A stretch of 64,000 bases of DNA. Origin: Candidatus Nomurabacteria bacterium. GTDB taxonomy: Bacteria; Patescibacteriota; Minisyncoccia; Phycocordibacterales; UBA918. Below are positions 61,001 to 64,000 of the stretch, piece after piece. Position numbers and translations under genes: made by a program. Numbering within the stretch: the first letter of the stretch is position 1; each line of letters starts with the position of its first letter. Below the pieces are notes generated by a model. The model made no database searches and was not told the DNA's origin. It saw nothing but the letters and a program-made list of their open reading frames with translations. Location of the stretch: assembly GCA_020632075.1 (NCBI GenBank), contig JACKGH010000001.1, forward strand, positions 131,216-195,215, in the 5' to 3' direction.

Positions 61001-63439
61001 ACTCGATTTGCGACTGGTGGCTTCACTCCTGGGGCTAACGTCACACTTGACGCAACAACCACAAACAGTTGGAGCTTTACAGGATCTCTGGGTGATCTCT
61101 GGGGTGAGGCATATGACGTTGATGGAAGCGATGATTGTAGTTCGGTGCGTTGGGACGATAGTCAGTGTCTCCTCACTGAACAAACTACGTACCGCTGGAG
61201 AAATGATGATGGCGGGGAAGGAGCTGTTTCGAGTACTTGGTTCAACACCAGTTGGAGTAAGCGGCAACGAGTTCGTGTCATTAACTCTGACGCAACACCG
61301 TACACAGACGTCGCAGTTAAGTTGACAGTGCCGTACGATGCCGACATGCAAACTGACTTCGATGATCTTCGCTTTACTGACGCATCAGGCACAACTTCAA
61401 TTGAATACTGGAAGGAGCGCTACAATACTGGCTCGGAAGCTACAGTGTGGATTAAGGTGCCAACACTTGCTGCTGATGCAGTAACAGAGATTTACATGTA
61501 CTACGGTAATGTGTCTGCTACATCAAGTAGTGATGCGAGCAATACCTTTGATGTGTACGATGACTTTGAGGACAATGACATCAGTGAATATTCAGGTGAT
61601 ACACACTTGTTCAATACGGCTGGCACCTTTGCTTACGGTGGAGGATATGGACTTGATACTGCCGGGAATGAGAGCGCTAAAGCGACTGATGGTATTGCTC
61701 GTACCGACGTAACTGTTTCGCAAGGGCAGATCATCAGATACATGCAGTATGTCGATACTACAGCCGGTAGTGGTGATGAGGTGTGTACCATGTTCGCGGT
61801 GCAGTCTCCAGTGACCAATAACAACAACTATGCTGTTTGTCTTGAACAATTTGGAACAGATCGAATCTCTTTGGTAAAGGATGTGCAGAACACAGATTCA
61901 ACAGGTACGCTACTTGATACTGCTAATGCGACATTTAGTACCGGTTGGTATGAAGTTGAAATTGACTGGCAAACTGACGATACCATTGATGTTGCGCTCT
62001 ATACGGCTGCAGGAAGTTTGGTAGCCACTACTTCAGCCACTGACAGTACGTATTCATCAGGAGGTATTGGATTCACCTTCTGGTTCCAAAATGGTGGCTG
62101 GGATAGTGTCGTCGCATGGCCGCGGACAGATTCTGTACCGGTGGTGTACTTTGGTGACGAGCAAGTAACAGGCGGTGCAACATGGGCTGCTGCTCAAGAT
62201 ACTGCGCTGAGTGGACTGGCCTTTAATGAAACAGCACGCTTGCGTATCGGTATTGAAAATACAGGTCTCGATATTGAGAATCAAAACTTCAGACTTGAGT
62301 TCGCTCCTCGCCTCGCTGCTCCGAGCTGTCAGGCTGTCTCAGGTGGTTCGTTTACGGCGGTGCCGGTTGCTGCTAGTTGTGGCACTTCAGCAATCTGTAT
62401 GACCACTTCTGCGAGTACTACAAATGGCGATCCGACAACGGATCATTTGGTGACAGCAGCTGGTGATTTTGTGGCTGGTGAAATTGTGGCAAATACCAGT
62501 AATCAGACCAGCAATCTTGATCTCATTCAGAATCGGTACACTGAAGTTGAATATGCTATTGCTCTGACGGTGAACGCAACCAATGACGCATACTGTTTCC
62601 GAGTAACTGATGGAGGTGCAACCTTGGACTCCTACGCGAAGCTTCCTGAGTTAACGCTCGCATTTGACCCATCGTTGGATACTGTTAGCCTTAACAGTGG
62701 TCTTGATATCACATTGACACCAGGAGCAACCACGACAGTTGTAGCCTCCACCACAGTTACTGACCTAAATGGTGTTGCTGATTTGTACCTCGCAACCACA
62801 ACCTTCTACAAGACCTCTGTTGGTGCGTCCTGTACACCAGATAACAATGATTGTTATGTTGCTACCAGTACCTGTAGCTTTAGTAGCTGCACAGCAACTA
62901 CGTGTACGCTGTCGTGTAGCGCTGATTTCCAATTCCACGCAGATCCAACTGATAATGATGGTGGCGAGGAATGGTTTGCTTTTATGGAAGTAAGCGATCT
63001 TGGAGGAGGTGTTGACTTTGACACATCTATTGGCGTGGAACTACTGACTCTACGGGCACTTGAAGTCCAGAGTGCAATCAACTATGGAACTGTAGATATA
63101 AATCAAAATACCGGAGCATTTAATCCTTCTGTTTCACTTCTGAATCTTGGAAATGAGGCGATTGATGTTGAGATTGCTGGTACTGATATGACCGATGGTG
63201 TCGCATCGATTATCCCAGCTGCTCAGCAATTGTATGCAACGTCCACGTTTAACTATGAATCCTGTACTAGCTGTTCAGCTCTGAGTGTAGTTGGTAGTGA
63301 TCTTGAGGTAGATCTGAATAAGCCACTCGTCGATAGTCCGCTTATTAGTGATGATGTCTACTGGGGAGTAGAGGTGCCATTCGGAGTTGCAAGTAACCCA
63401 CATAGTGGCGTCAACACTTTTACAGCAATCTCAGATTAG
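40097..63439 (+). CDS. Giant secreted surface protein (7780 aa; 23.3 kb) with at least 6 DUF2341-like modules, 5 LamG-like (concanavalin-A-like) domains, FN3-like units and beta-helix-like G/T/S-rich repeats
   Basis: A single uninterrupted ORF. The N-terminal hydrophobic segment VFVLLLLALVALPYVHA is a signal peptide, so the real start may be the TTG near 40226. The DUF2341 signature is a (P/I)xxIx...FP(V/I)Y(V/L)DL(S/G)xLGxxFWxxVxSDGxD(I/V)R(V/I)T...GELHFLA...(F/Y)YLYYxN...(A/N)VWxxYxAVYH block. It recurs at ~42.6, 43.85, 50.36, 51.96, 53.99 and 61.24 kb. Each of the first five is followed by a LamG-like block ending (I/L)DELR(F/V)A...EYNN. FN3-like YYWRVRADDPNG and YWWRTRAKDPNG blocks are at ~47.1 and 47.9 kb. 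Large internal duplications are at 55.4/56.1 kb, 56.7/59.1 kb and 53.5/58.25/60.55 kb. Confidence 0.85.
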   Translation: MGNGAVVDVSVSRLHNSIKNRIKANFKAPERRKQCFSGVKKVLHPKVFVLLLLALVALPYVHAQFSSDAYSIRTVHVFPSVVTGDGWNNLESITFQNLEEYALFDEFNDINSATMNLSRASMYQRGKEYVDSSIETVVDQNSDLNEVVDDVVVPSAESVAGGEQSGTSTPGIESAEMYASTSAKAESQAPTEADILIVPETSVVTTTDSVSTDLSTTTVLKKVESVFALAVEAVTEFFGMETATTTVEKVVSTSTPELDLETSPTSTDSVVFGAQSEMVSTSALLLSASTSVVADVVATSATTTVQSEVSVETEPVDFVEPSQNTESASSTPCAENCGSYEIALNDFGYPLGEQVEITGAQLRLSFAAQTRTTRDAIPEFSLVYSVDGEQTWLAAGTILIDEEVSNSINGGFFLFALPEVTDQVSLNTLSVKLKYNDDPYNLSGLFVESVWLELFTIEPPEMEPLQDVAALLADDGYSDEMLSGDILQLPDGEHLRFKFTDDNTDESLVIKTTERTYEGFSEVATYFSVTNTSDEVDDITVQAYFPDGVGEVVSIEKFTQNKPRDVVVPEYRPYVYHCEAGWEYAGEVTAESLEELSQQLSLPRISAPAEILETSTSTASDNSVNQVEQVATSTEEIEVPTVEFDLPASSATTTVLRQLPGVSALLQFSTTTLIDNDNELSDVTSSSSEANSDEANLGDGEDLIEAYACRNTNVVRKCDELDGSNTACRVNQVKVAEYEVVKYAPGWVQTAIAEGAMSEPGFFKRAIQFIGFGPDVKEVPEQFEVRTHTPDTHTIQPGETLYFKMNIAFPPFSRGEYWIEAVGDSEYGLLDPFWSSEWSYRMPIRVSNPTGSDQTEYQVFFELDSALTDFWSNVNSDGSDIRFIQELPSGTFSNEGTAVNNWLDFDFTHRIPIEIPAGSVDADLTDFPISIDLSSLGSDFWTNVKSDGGDVRVYTSGGTEVAIDLAHFDSATELGELHFLASSVPAQSATTYYLYYGDSTLSGYADTDPLGSQAVWVNYNAVYHFNDDPTTVGNIIADETGNGNDLEVFSAGLATTTGQFGLAVDLTGTGSGYLSSTTWSFPGGDPLIVTGSYYMTSEQNEGLFQWGNGGAGDQIEFRPWYNTTNGLFYFGVTGGATYNTLPQATTSWHGFAVMGTTSASGENIAFEDGKEVLRVAQTIANPSNTIGFEVGREGGGSINAFIDELRVATSTRSEARIKAESIALEAPEQLYVLQPIQVPNNAANLSWYSTSWDGRIRLSIPAAKIQEDLTDFPVYLDLGTLGSSFFTSVASDGRDIRVTEGDGVTEVPIEIVEINTGAGTGEMYFKADLSTSGANDFYVYFDNSDVSAYGDDDTYGAHNVWTNGFQAVYHLSEDASGTGNPDVYLDSTANEYHGDDENSSNGKSGLFGSGQEFGDSQVDYISLPYQVMDGLTDNTVSWWHISSTSGDQTIVSGANSTQFNEFWERLDNNTTIVVYSQGAGETFTLDNPSTYNDDTWQFFMTTSQDDIDEMNLYRNGVPDNENPDPQPIVALDIEPGGLIIGQDQDALGGSFSTAENFEGILDELRFASVVRSEGWAAAVYDNMANQSSFISTSSSESLQATTFVELDYWLQYFDSTADEADIWVQVEDLPADEDAVIYLYYGNVGAPSVSDELATFSYSTSTDLYYVVDNSGVTQLSVTSLIDGNEVSLDGAAAIALDQGESTTFGSVSNTSVISALGPISGTLTGSGNDSSDSIAPISFATTTFAIPLNRSANRWYMLSPYASTTVRTYIGNSGTANQTFNITTGAGATATTDPADSGTGTDGSGVVIESTSPILVSHRSTNPGDGIVAYPPTTRDIFGVDSQYFHLSATADDPDPTVYCSNGSGGSPTGTTRGEKDDITQCTTGSEGTGSAVRFAGAATPIAAVQFADSDGNEATAFWAQHDFGTRYAMTNDSAYAAVVCSPRFASVDLEVIDSSGSTISSGTCTPGANDPGKAYFGTDGDSVVYTAGHQVISTNGVPFYVTYEDVSVEQDEKNIMGTVQGRKSSGEFASYVFGPQELAIDAEWEQLSFMWYENTAAVTPTTPWQIGTEGVTEGVAITGAGAVDNGDVLRLRLNLEASNATGSVDTNAFTLQYAAAASGQCDLVTAWFDLGEQGSTTASFSGYNNAGVADGATLPSTLLTDTTISGTYEERNYSDFLPSDVPVGDVVEYDWVIEATNVSVNTNYCFRLTRAQGSALEIYTTYPELETVGPPNVPTLLVFFDNERTTVLTPVLEFTTVDIADDDINYQVQVDDDYDFSSTVIDKNSDDNFTLFENINTPSDKAPFTSGARIRFTALTALSPTTTYYWRVRADDPNGSATSSAWSTPFSFTTDTTLTVSEWFQTTDEQFNTNTNSGVTIGSDQVAVSASPGTVVSTAIDFDDATLGNAWGELDWNDTETSGSITYQIEYNNNGSWTLVPDSVLPDNSTGTSTGPISLLDLDTSTYNEIRVVATLTGTTLSIQDWVVRWGLRVETPTQGDPFDNQKVPTTTPVFDFVSSDPQGDDLEYEISFSTDIDFVAASTTYNSSTSPQFANTLDGGDTSPFTTDQTITFSTPFGTPFTNGATYWWRTRAKDPNGGDSWSPWSQPDSFTVDTAVTLSTWYQTTQAQFEQGELTGVVASTSDSVVVSGEIGEYGTAVVTNNNWLTINTLRSYTDMVVVASAEFDGSSHGNSRTPRIRNKTTDSFEIKVDDYTDGFTGSTIVDYIVMEAGDWTIADGGSGTRVLAGTEADVSDVQIDTYNDTTGVTINFSPAFSTPPVVLATVSSNNDSNWIATHVDGGSTRDGEVTASTMRLALAVSRHTTSAHSGPEDIDYIVMAPQNNGTNNSVQFEAFNSNDAVDDVPTNGGYSQTFPTAFASAPAVTVVHNNAEDGGNGGFALKDTSGTQNGTSIFMSILEDGASADQHTQEVVSVIAFQNSSGLIDRHNTGALSGTIAGEDIIFSDGAGPKFDNFSWSSTTAGTSDLTVQIQYRVSEGVYALVPDSQIPGNSSGINSGLIDLTSVDINTYPVIRAYATLTCGGGGCPTLDDWQLEWGEGVNMSGTIKEYDRITNVTSGTVRAAVNGSLVAGTGSISAGTWTMSNVTAFAGDIVTVWVDGAAEANEAVAAFVYDGTGDITGVEMFEQHLSISADENGTTTNALLGLNDSTAIGDEDIFYQVDGFNNLTVCGQGTCTDANLYVGSGNIYIPNSAGGVVTNTHDFVNDGFIELDSNTFNISGSWYNNATSSNDTSTINLTASTGTETIVSSEDPLAFHNLSFGSGAGGATFTIAADLDLSGNLTVASGTLARDGYDFTVAGNITNGTGGYWSGTGTTTFDGSGSKTWTDNNPATQNIGNVVVDGASTFLTVTTDVAAYDVVIGANDTLAGGNNTIYVGGDWVNAGTFNAESSTVEVTVDDRTYPPIIPGSADWYADTAFTDRIPVVIQDSEVPGTLTNFPVYVDLSHLGDDFWSDVQSDGDDIRITRSDGQTELPYEIVSFDPTNKTGELHFLANSISGTATTTFYLYYNNPSASGYLVSGTYGRNAVWSEYTAVYHMHDDPTTIGNQVTDATGNGYDLLVETEALATSTGQLGYGISLVGVSGLLRASDFQWTTGSPLTTSGWYKMPAASGEAIWQFGTGADPDQLFFRPWYATNNGEFDFGNTTGDTYTFSPRDTSNWNHFFTLGATSTSDFNYVYHDNILRESQAQTVANPGNTNGTGLQIGRQGTTGSLEAEIDELRFAALLRDTDWMTAEYNNQYTPQNFYATSSIESYVADLVIDEATHNITAGGSAFNHITFDDATTTPAFTEASVVVNGDFTVATGTVTLPNSKLTVGGSFINNSYFMHNNAEVEFISNGAATITLNGTQFFNALYDVTFDGSGTFTFTDANATTSGDLIIDDGTVVFPSGTLSIGGTLQNTGGSFNANGGLVVFASLENESVMTGGSSFADVSFGQSGVSAGWYDPAWDNRIYIQIASTSVPGALSNFPVYVDLGSLGATFWSAVASDGADIRVTTADGSTEVPVEVVEIDPGTKTGELHFLAPLLSGIADTSFYLYFGNTSAELPAANSVYGSENVWVGYEAVYHFNEDPTFGVTDVTGNGKDLAPTVGTPSTTAGLLGVALDTTATNVMMEDSDWAWQSGDDLISSGLYFQNNFDTGALWEFGTSCATDDCLAFRPWYDNATRGYHNFGETTGTDYNFTRDNSVWHHFTTIGRAANGESVEIYEDAVQRDVYTQSGSGENPSQTGLQIGRFTTNTYMDIDIDELRFATTVPSSVWIETEYNNLTDVANFYSTSSQAYLEVVPSFTLSESITDVNGDVSIYFSNLVAPSNNFTIGGSAQNTGGSYDPNNATTTFDSNDTGETFDFGDVSFYNLAFDGVGGGWTVSTTTVLANLTLANGASYTQATNTTMAVGGIFSNQFAAAATDWTQSTLALSGGDYTVTGRLDSGDSYATVIVLGDTDIVIWNSSIATTSVRDTSSIYLPDYNNSDGVLRIYGDYIRTSGSEYWSYATDFDGTDLTGGGERQVTVQLGHGASVQMATGTTLGVIGASGATTSVSAISGIYSLSVNAGTVAVDYASFQNTGKIGLALTGGTSVSTLTRAAFSVAGGRSGITVDADTVNAQPSSEFGSVYFATSSANSIYEPAWNDQVVVTVPSGVVSETMTEFPLYVDLSTLGAGFWAGVQSDGRDIRVTTDAGVELPIDLVEIDSAAQTGELHFLAPELSTVNDTAFYIHFDNPAATAYGADDEYGANAVWVNYEAVYHFDEDPSIQITDMTGNERNLFPTVGAAATTSGQIGTAIDMTAGNVTLQSIGWTWPAGQDLISSGLYFQSAADTGALWEFGTSCVADTCIAFLPWYTGTTGYNRFGELTGSDYAFARNNTIWHHFTTIGRSADTESVDIYEDNILRDTYPQTASGENPSQTGLQIGRYTGGTYMDIDIDELRFTTSEPSTARIDAEYNNLLTPSAFYATSAAQTFQYNVSVDGVPSTFWLFSNGSGNLYGEAFDNDDGDPGSIQWDDSNFAITISGIVFQDDGVTPETYPVCNGSTEVVTVVLDGTDTYTAPCDPFDGSYAVTGITYTGEPEIVTYLESSAATPQVNVSIYDETTGTGTVGGGVMTVSRPSVVDGSVLVLIAGKDDDPTITEPAGWTAIDTLGNTTGDQIDTGAWYRVVADASTEPATYDFTADNGEGFSYWMGSLINVDTSTPIDVASTWTKLQNQYAAVSPEVTTVTNGALVLSAWYTYRDTETVPPVYAWESRADNLVGPETNNLSVASLAMPTAGATGDATTTGIIASRETHVGQFVFRPAASPTGSSSAIAAAVTKTPLGNSGSPYGVVMLRDQANDYGTVAAAADIVVPSPHVENGDVLVVVIGKEDDFNITAPSGWVLGSERIEATGNDMYTAIWYHVVTNAGLEPSTYNFTSNDTSVEEYSYWIGSFDGVDTTNIFDVSPSWSNLQNDSSPAAPAVTTVTDGAYVLAAWYVIDDSNLDMPGTPWDTLVQDAVTNNRLLALAGRSMPSYGNTGAAVITGGSTDDVNTGQFALRPAAISVPSEIADMDLYENRVIVRHEDSAPLTIADMVIFDNSDDVDLPFSATAGSPDDLAILPGSGLYVWNNKEFAPYGTIDLQGNGTTTADGSLAIGAGATFTSSSTHSITIGGSFHGETGATFTGASSLVTFTSTSTGQTITSSASSTFTFYDLAFTGTGGEWRVLTPITAQTDILVADGTLSGIANVTVTNGSLYGDGLVDMTGGTTRINNTNTLGGSNEWNFYNLTLGSGSVAGVTTRASNATTTVRNILTISTAHFLDAFGSVWDIQGNGNTFVESGTFLEGTSTIRYSGATPNVLRTTYRNLVIDTESGGSVTAAAPSTGLQVLGNLTVGALGTSTLNLNTNDPVTAVGGSVHIGTLGSLLGSNSALLTVLGNWDNDGTFTANGGTVQFSKSGGSASVAAGGSSFANVNVLGTATYTFTESATATASFTLNTGSFTLASGEALAVGGSFTNSMSDTNTTWTNTTLSLYSGTAYVINSKSTGDAYENVVVSNNTHPRFWNSTTTAVTTAAGSSLYSMDHQGVDGYLYIYGDLMSDTYDDHWSYATDFDGTALGGSSRQAVVEIESGGSVLYTSGSLSVIGADTASTTISATSGTYEMTLAGDTDVVMNYYVVRDTTSDGLIFTGVPNVSDLSYGDFEVAIAGGSTMTVGGMVIDVNPAQEYNYISMATTTAISAFNVTATGTSASAWRYVNIYGNLGGEAKDVDPGGDPGYITWQDSAAIINISGTVYSDEGSSPMGATVCDSSTNSIRLSVNGSTFYDTTCAIGTGVYSFTGVSYGLGNTLTVYINGEAEKATTITQDPISSINNFDLYEDRVIIKHEAAAPMTVADMGTWDSDDDPDVLFDVETAGGDSLTLPSDTKLIVWNNKQFDPNGDVTISGGGAGGAHDGTFELRTGATFSGGSGEVYTIGGSLISGSSAVFNPGQSTTTFTTSGAARTIDTNESGFYNLELNGSGSWTVSDTNLSVAGDYVQSTGSITLPAATTTIGGSFTVSGGTFDANSGVLAFTASDAGNDVSFNGSDAATVFFAGAGSWSMSDVRATTTADFIVANGTVTLPGGTITVDGNFVVLDTVLHNNGLVKLIDTAGSSILTLSGSDLYSVDVQAGGGDYTLSDASAALLGDLTITSGTFTAGAGTLSVAGSFDTSAAVFAHNNGTVLFNSSDTGETVDLGDNALYNATFGSLAGGWTVLSNATTTRNFALTGATSFTMSSGTRLYVGGVFTNLVGGSATDWQGTRIVLDGANEYEIGGKLISTEQYNILEIGANSDISTWNTAATATVVAATASWYSQDHAGTDGALNIYGDYHIATTTEYWNYSTDFDGTALGGSSRQAMVSIAGGAAVTLDGGVLNMLGGSGATTSVTNQGSGTYTFSATDGILNADTYSFRNLDAAGLQLLGTLMITSLDDGDFEQAANGGTLITLASTTLDTNASLLITDTRFATGGFTPGANVTLDATTTNSWSFTGSLGDLWGEAYDVDGSDDCSSVRWDDSQCLLTEQTTYRWRNDDGGEGAVSSTWFNTSWSKRQRVRVINSDATPYTDVAVKLTVPYDADMQTDFDDLRFTDASGTTSIEYWKERYNTGSEATVWIKVPTLAADAVTEIYMYYGNVSATSSSDASNTFDVYDDFEDNDISEYSGDTHLFNTAGTFAYGGGYGLDTAGNESAKATDGIARTDVTVSQGQIIRYMQYVDTTAGSGDEVCTMFAVQSPVTNNNNYAVCLEQFGTDRISLVKDVQNTDSTGTLLDTANATFSTGWYEVEIDWQTDDTIDVALYTAAGSLVATTSATDSTYSSGGIGFTFWFQNGGWDSVVAWPRTDSVPVVYFGDEQVTGGATWAAAQDTALSGLAFNETARLRIGIENTGLDIENQNFRLEFAPRLAAPSCQAVSGGSFTAVPVAASCGTSAICMTTSASTTNGDPTTDHLVTAAGDFVAGEIVANTSNQTSNLDLIQNRYTEVEYAIALTVNATNDAYCFRVTDGGATLDSYAKLPELTLAFDPSLDTVSLNSGLDITLTPGATTTVVASTTVTDLNGVADLYLATTTFYKTSVGASCTPDNNDCYVATSTCSFSSCTATTCTLSCSADFQFHADPTDNDGGEEWFAFMEVSDLGGGVDFDTSIGVELLTLRALEVQSAINYGTVDINQNTGAFNPSVSLLNLGNEAIDVEIAGTDMTDGVASIIPAAQQLYATSTFNYESCTSCSALSVVGSDLEVDLNKPLVDSPLISDDVYWGVEVPFGVASNPHSGVNTFTAISD

Positions 63440-63443
63440 TAAC

Positions 63444-64000
63444 ATGAGTGCTCATTTGTTTCAAAAACTACATGTTACACTGACAGGAATGAAGGCCCCT
63501 GTAGCTTTATTGATATGCAGTTTACTCTTGTTTTCCTCTAGTGTTCACCTTGCTGTGGCTCAATCGAGTGACAAAGAGGCTCCAGGCATTACAAATGTAG
63601 AAGTCTCTCAAGTTTCTGAAACATCTGTGACGATCACCTGGGAGACAGACGAGGATGCTGACTCTGCAGTGAACTACGGCTTGCAGCCAGACTACGGTAT
63701 TGTGCGTATTCCAGTTGCTGAGCGTACCTCTCACTCGATCACACTCGATAATCTCGAGCCAGGTCGCGTGTATTACTTCCGCGTGGTCTCAGCAGATGAT
63801 AACGGCAACCAAGGCATCTCTGCTGATTACCGAGTGCAGACCTCAGGTACGCCACAGACTGGTGACGGTACCGGTACTGGCGAAGGCAATTCACCGGCGC
63901 AAGGCGACGGCGCAGGACAACAAGCGGGTGATAGTGATAGTTCCCAAACAGAATCGCAGACCCAAAGCACAACGCAAAGCCAGACCCAGAGTCAGACCAC
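63444..64000 (+). CDS. Secreted FN3-domain protein, 3'-truncated by the window end
   Basis: I translated it by hand. Signal peptide MKAPVALLICSLLLFSSSVHLAVAQS. The FN3 segment is ITNVEVSQVSETSVTITWETDEDADSAVNYGL...LEPGRVYYFRVVSADDNGN. A QTQSQT low-complexity run follows. It is absent from the ORF track because no stop codon occurs before the window end. Confidence 0.65.
   Translation, partial: MSAHLFQKLHVTLTGMKAPVALLICSLLLFSSSVHLAVAQSSDKEAPGITNVEVSQVSETSVTITWETDEDADSAVNYGLQPDYGIVRIPVAERTSHSITLDNLEPGRVYYFRVVSADDNGNQGISADYRVQTSGTPQTGDGTGTGEGNSPAQGDGAGQQAGDSDSSQTESQTQSTTQSQTQSQT

Noticed and set aside
40513-63081. Dozens of 60-240-aa ORFs on other frames and the minus strand within the giant gene
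   Set aside because: All are nested in the continuous 7780-aa frame, which carries recognisable repeated domains. None has an independent start signal or domain.
1-64000. CRISPR arrays, rRNA genes, and IS/transposase or integrase genes
   Set aside because: I found no regularly spaced direct repeats, no rRNA-like conserved blocks, and no DDE or tyrosine-recombinase motifs while reading the ORFs. Their absence is noted and none is claimed.

Overview
The window is gene-dense and mostly plus-strand, about 50% GC, with a few AT-rich islands. It has two parts. The first ~23 kb carries housekeeping and small accessory genes: a 5'-truncated DUF2207 membrane protein, a MazG-like NTP pyrophosphatase, HtpX, tRNA-Ser(GGA), an Ogg2-like DNA glycosylase, TypA/BipA, an M23 peptidase, a class-IV aminotransferase, a CNNM/CBS transporter, RsuA, and an ECF sigma with a putative anti-sigma. 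From ~23.5 kb onward it is an accessory, cell-surface-dominated region. This holds a 1467-aa surface protein, a CAP-domain protein, a split UmuD...UmuC SOS pair flanking a GH18 gene, and secreted/anchored proteins including a dockerin protein and a cohesin protein either side of Hsp20. It ends with a single 23.3-kb ORF (7780 aa) built from repeated DUF2341-like and LamG-like modules, FN3-like units and beta-helix-like repeats. Most genes end in GC-rich hairpin terminators that fall into a few recurring sequence families. One family (GGCCGCGTGAGC...GCTCACGCGGCC) is fused to the stop codons of two members of a four-member paralogous family of ~160-aa proteins at 9.7-14.2 kb, each ending in a conserved SP-x-V/I-EC motif. 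I did not recognise any rRNA, CRISPR array, transposase or integrase. The gene content (giant surface protein, DUF2207, sparse metabolism, weak Shine-Dalgarno usage) suggests a small-genome Patescibacteria-like lineage. That taxonomic guess is inference only. All family assignments come from motif recognition by eye, without database searches.
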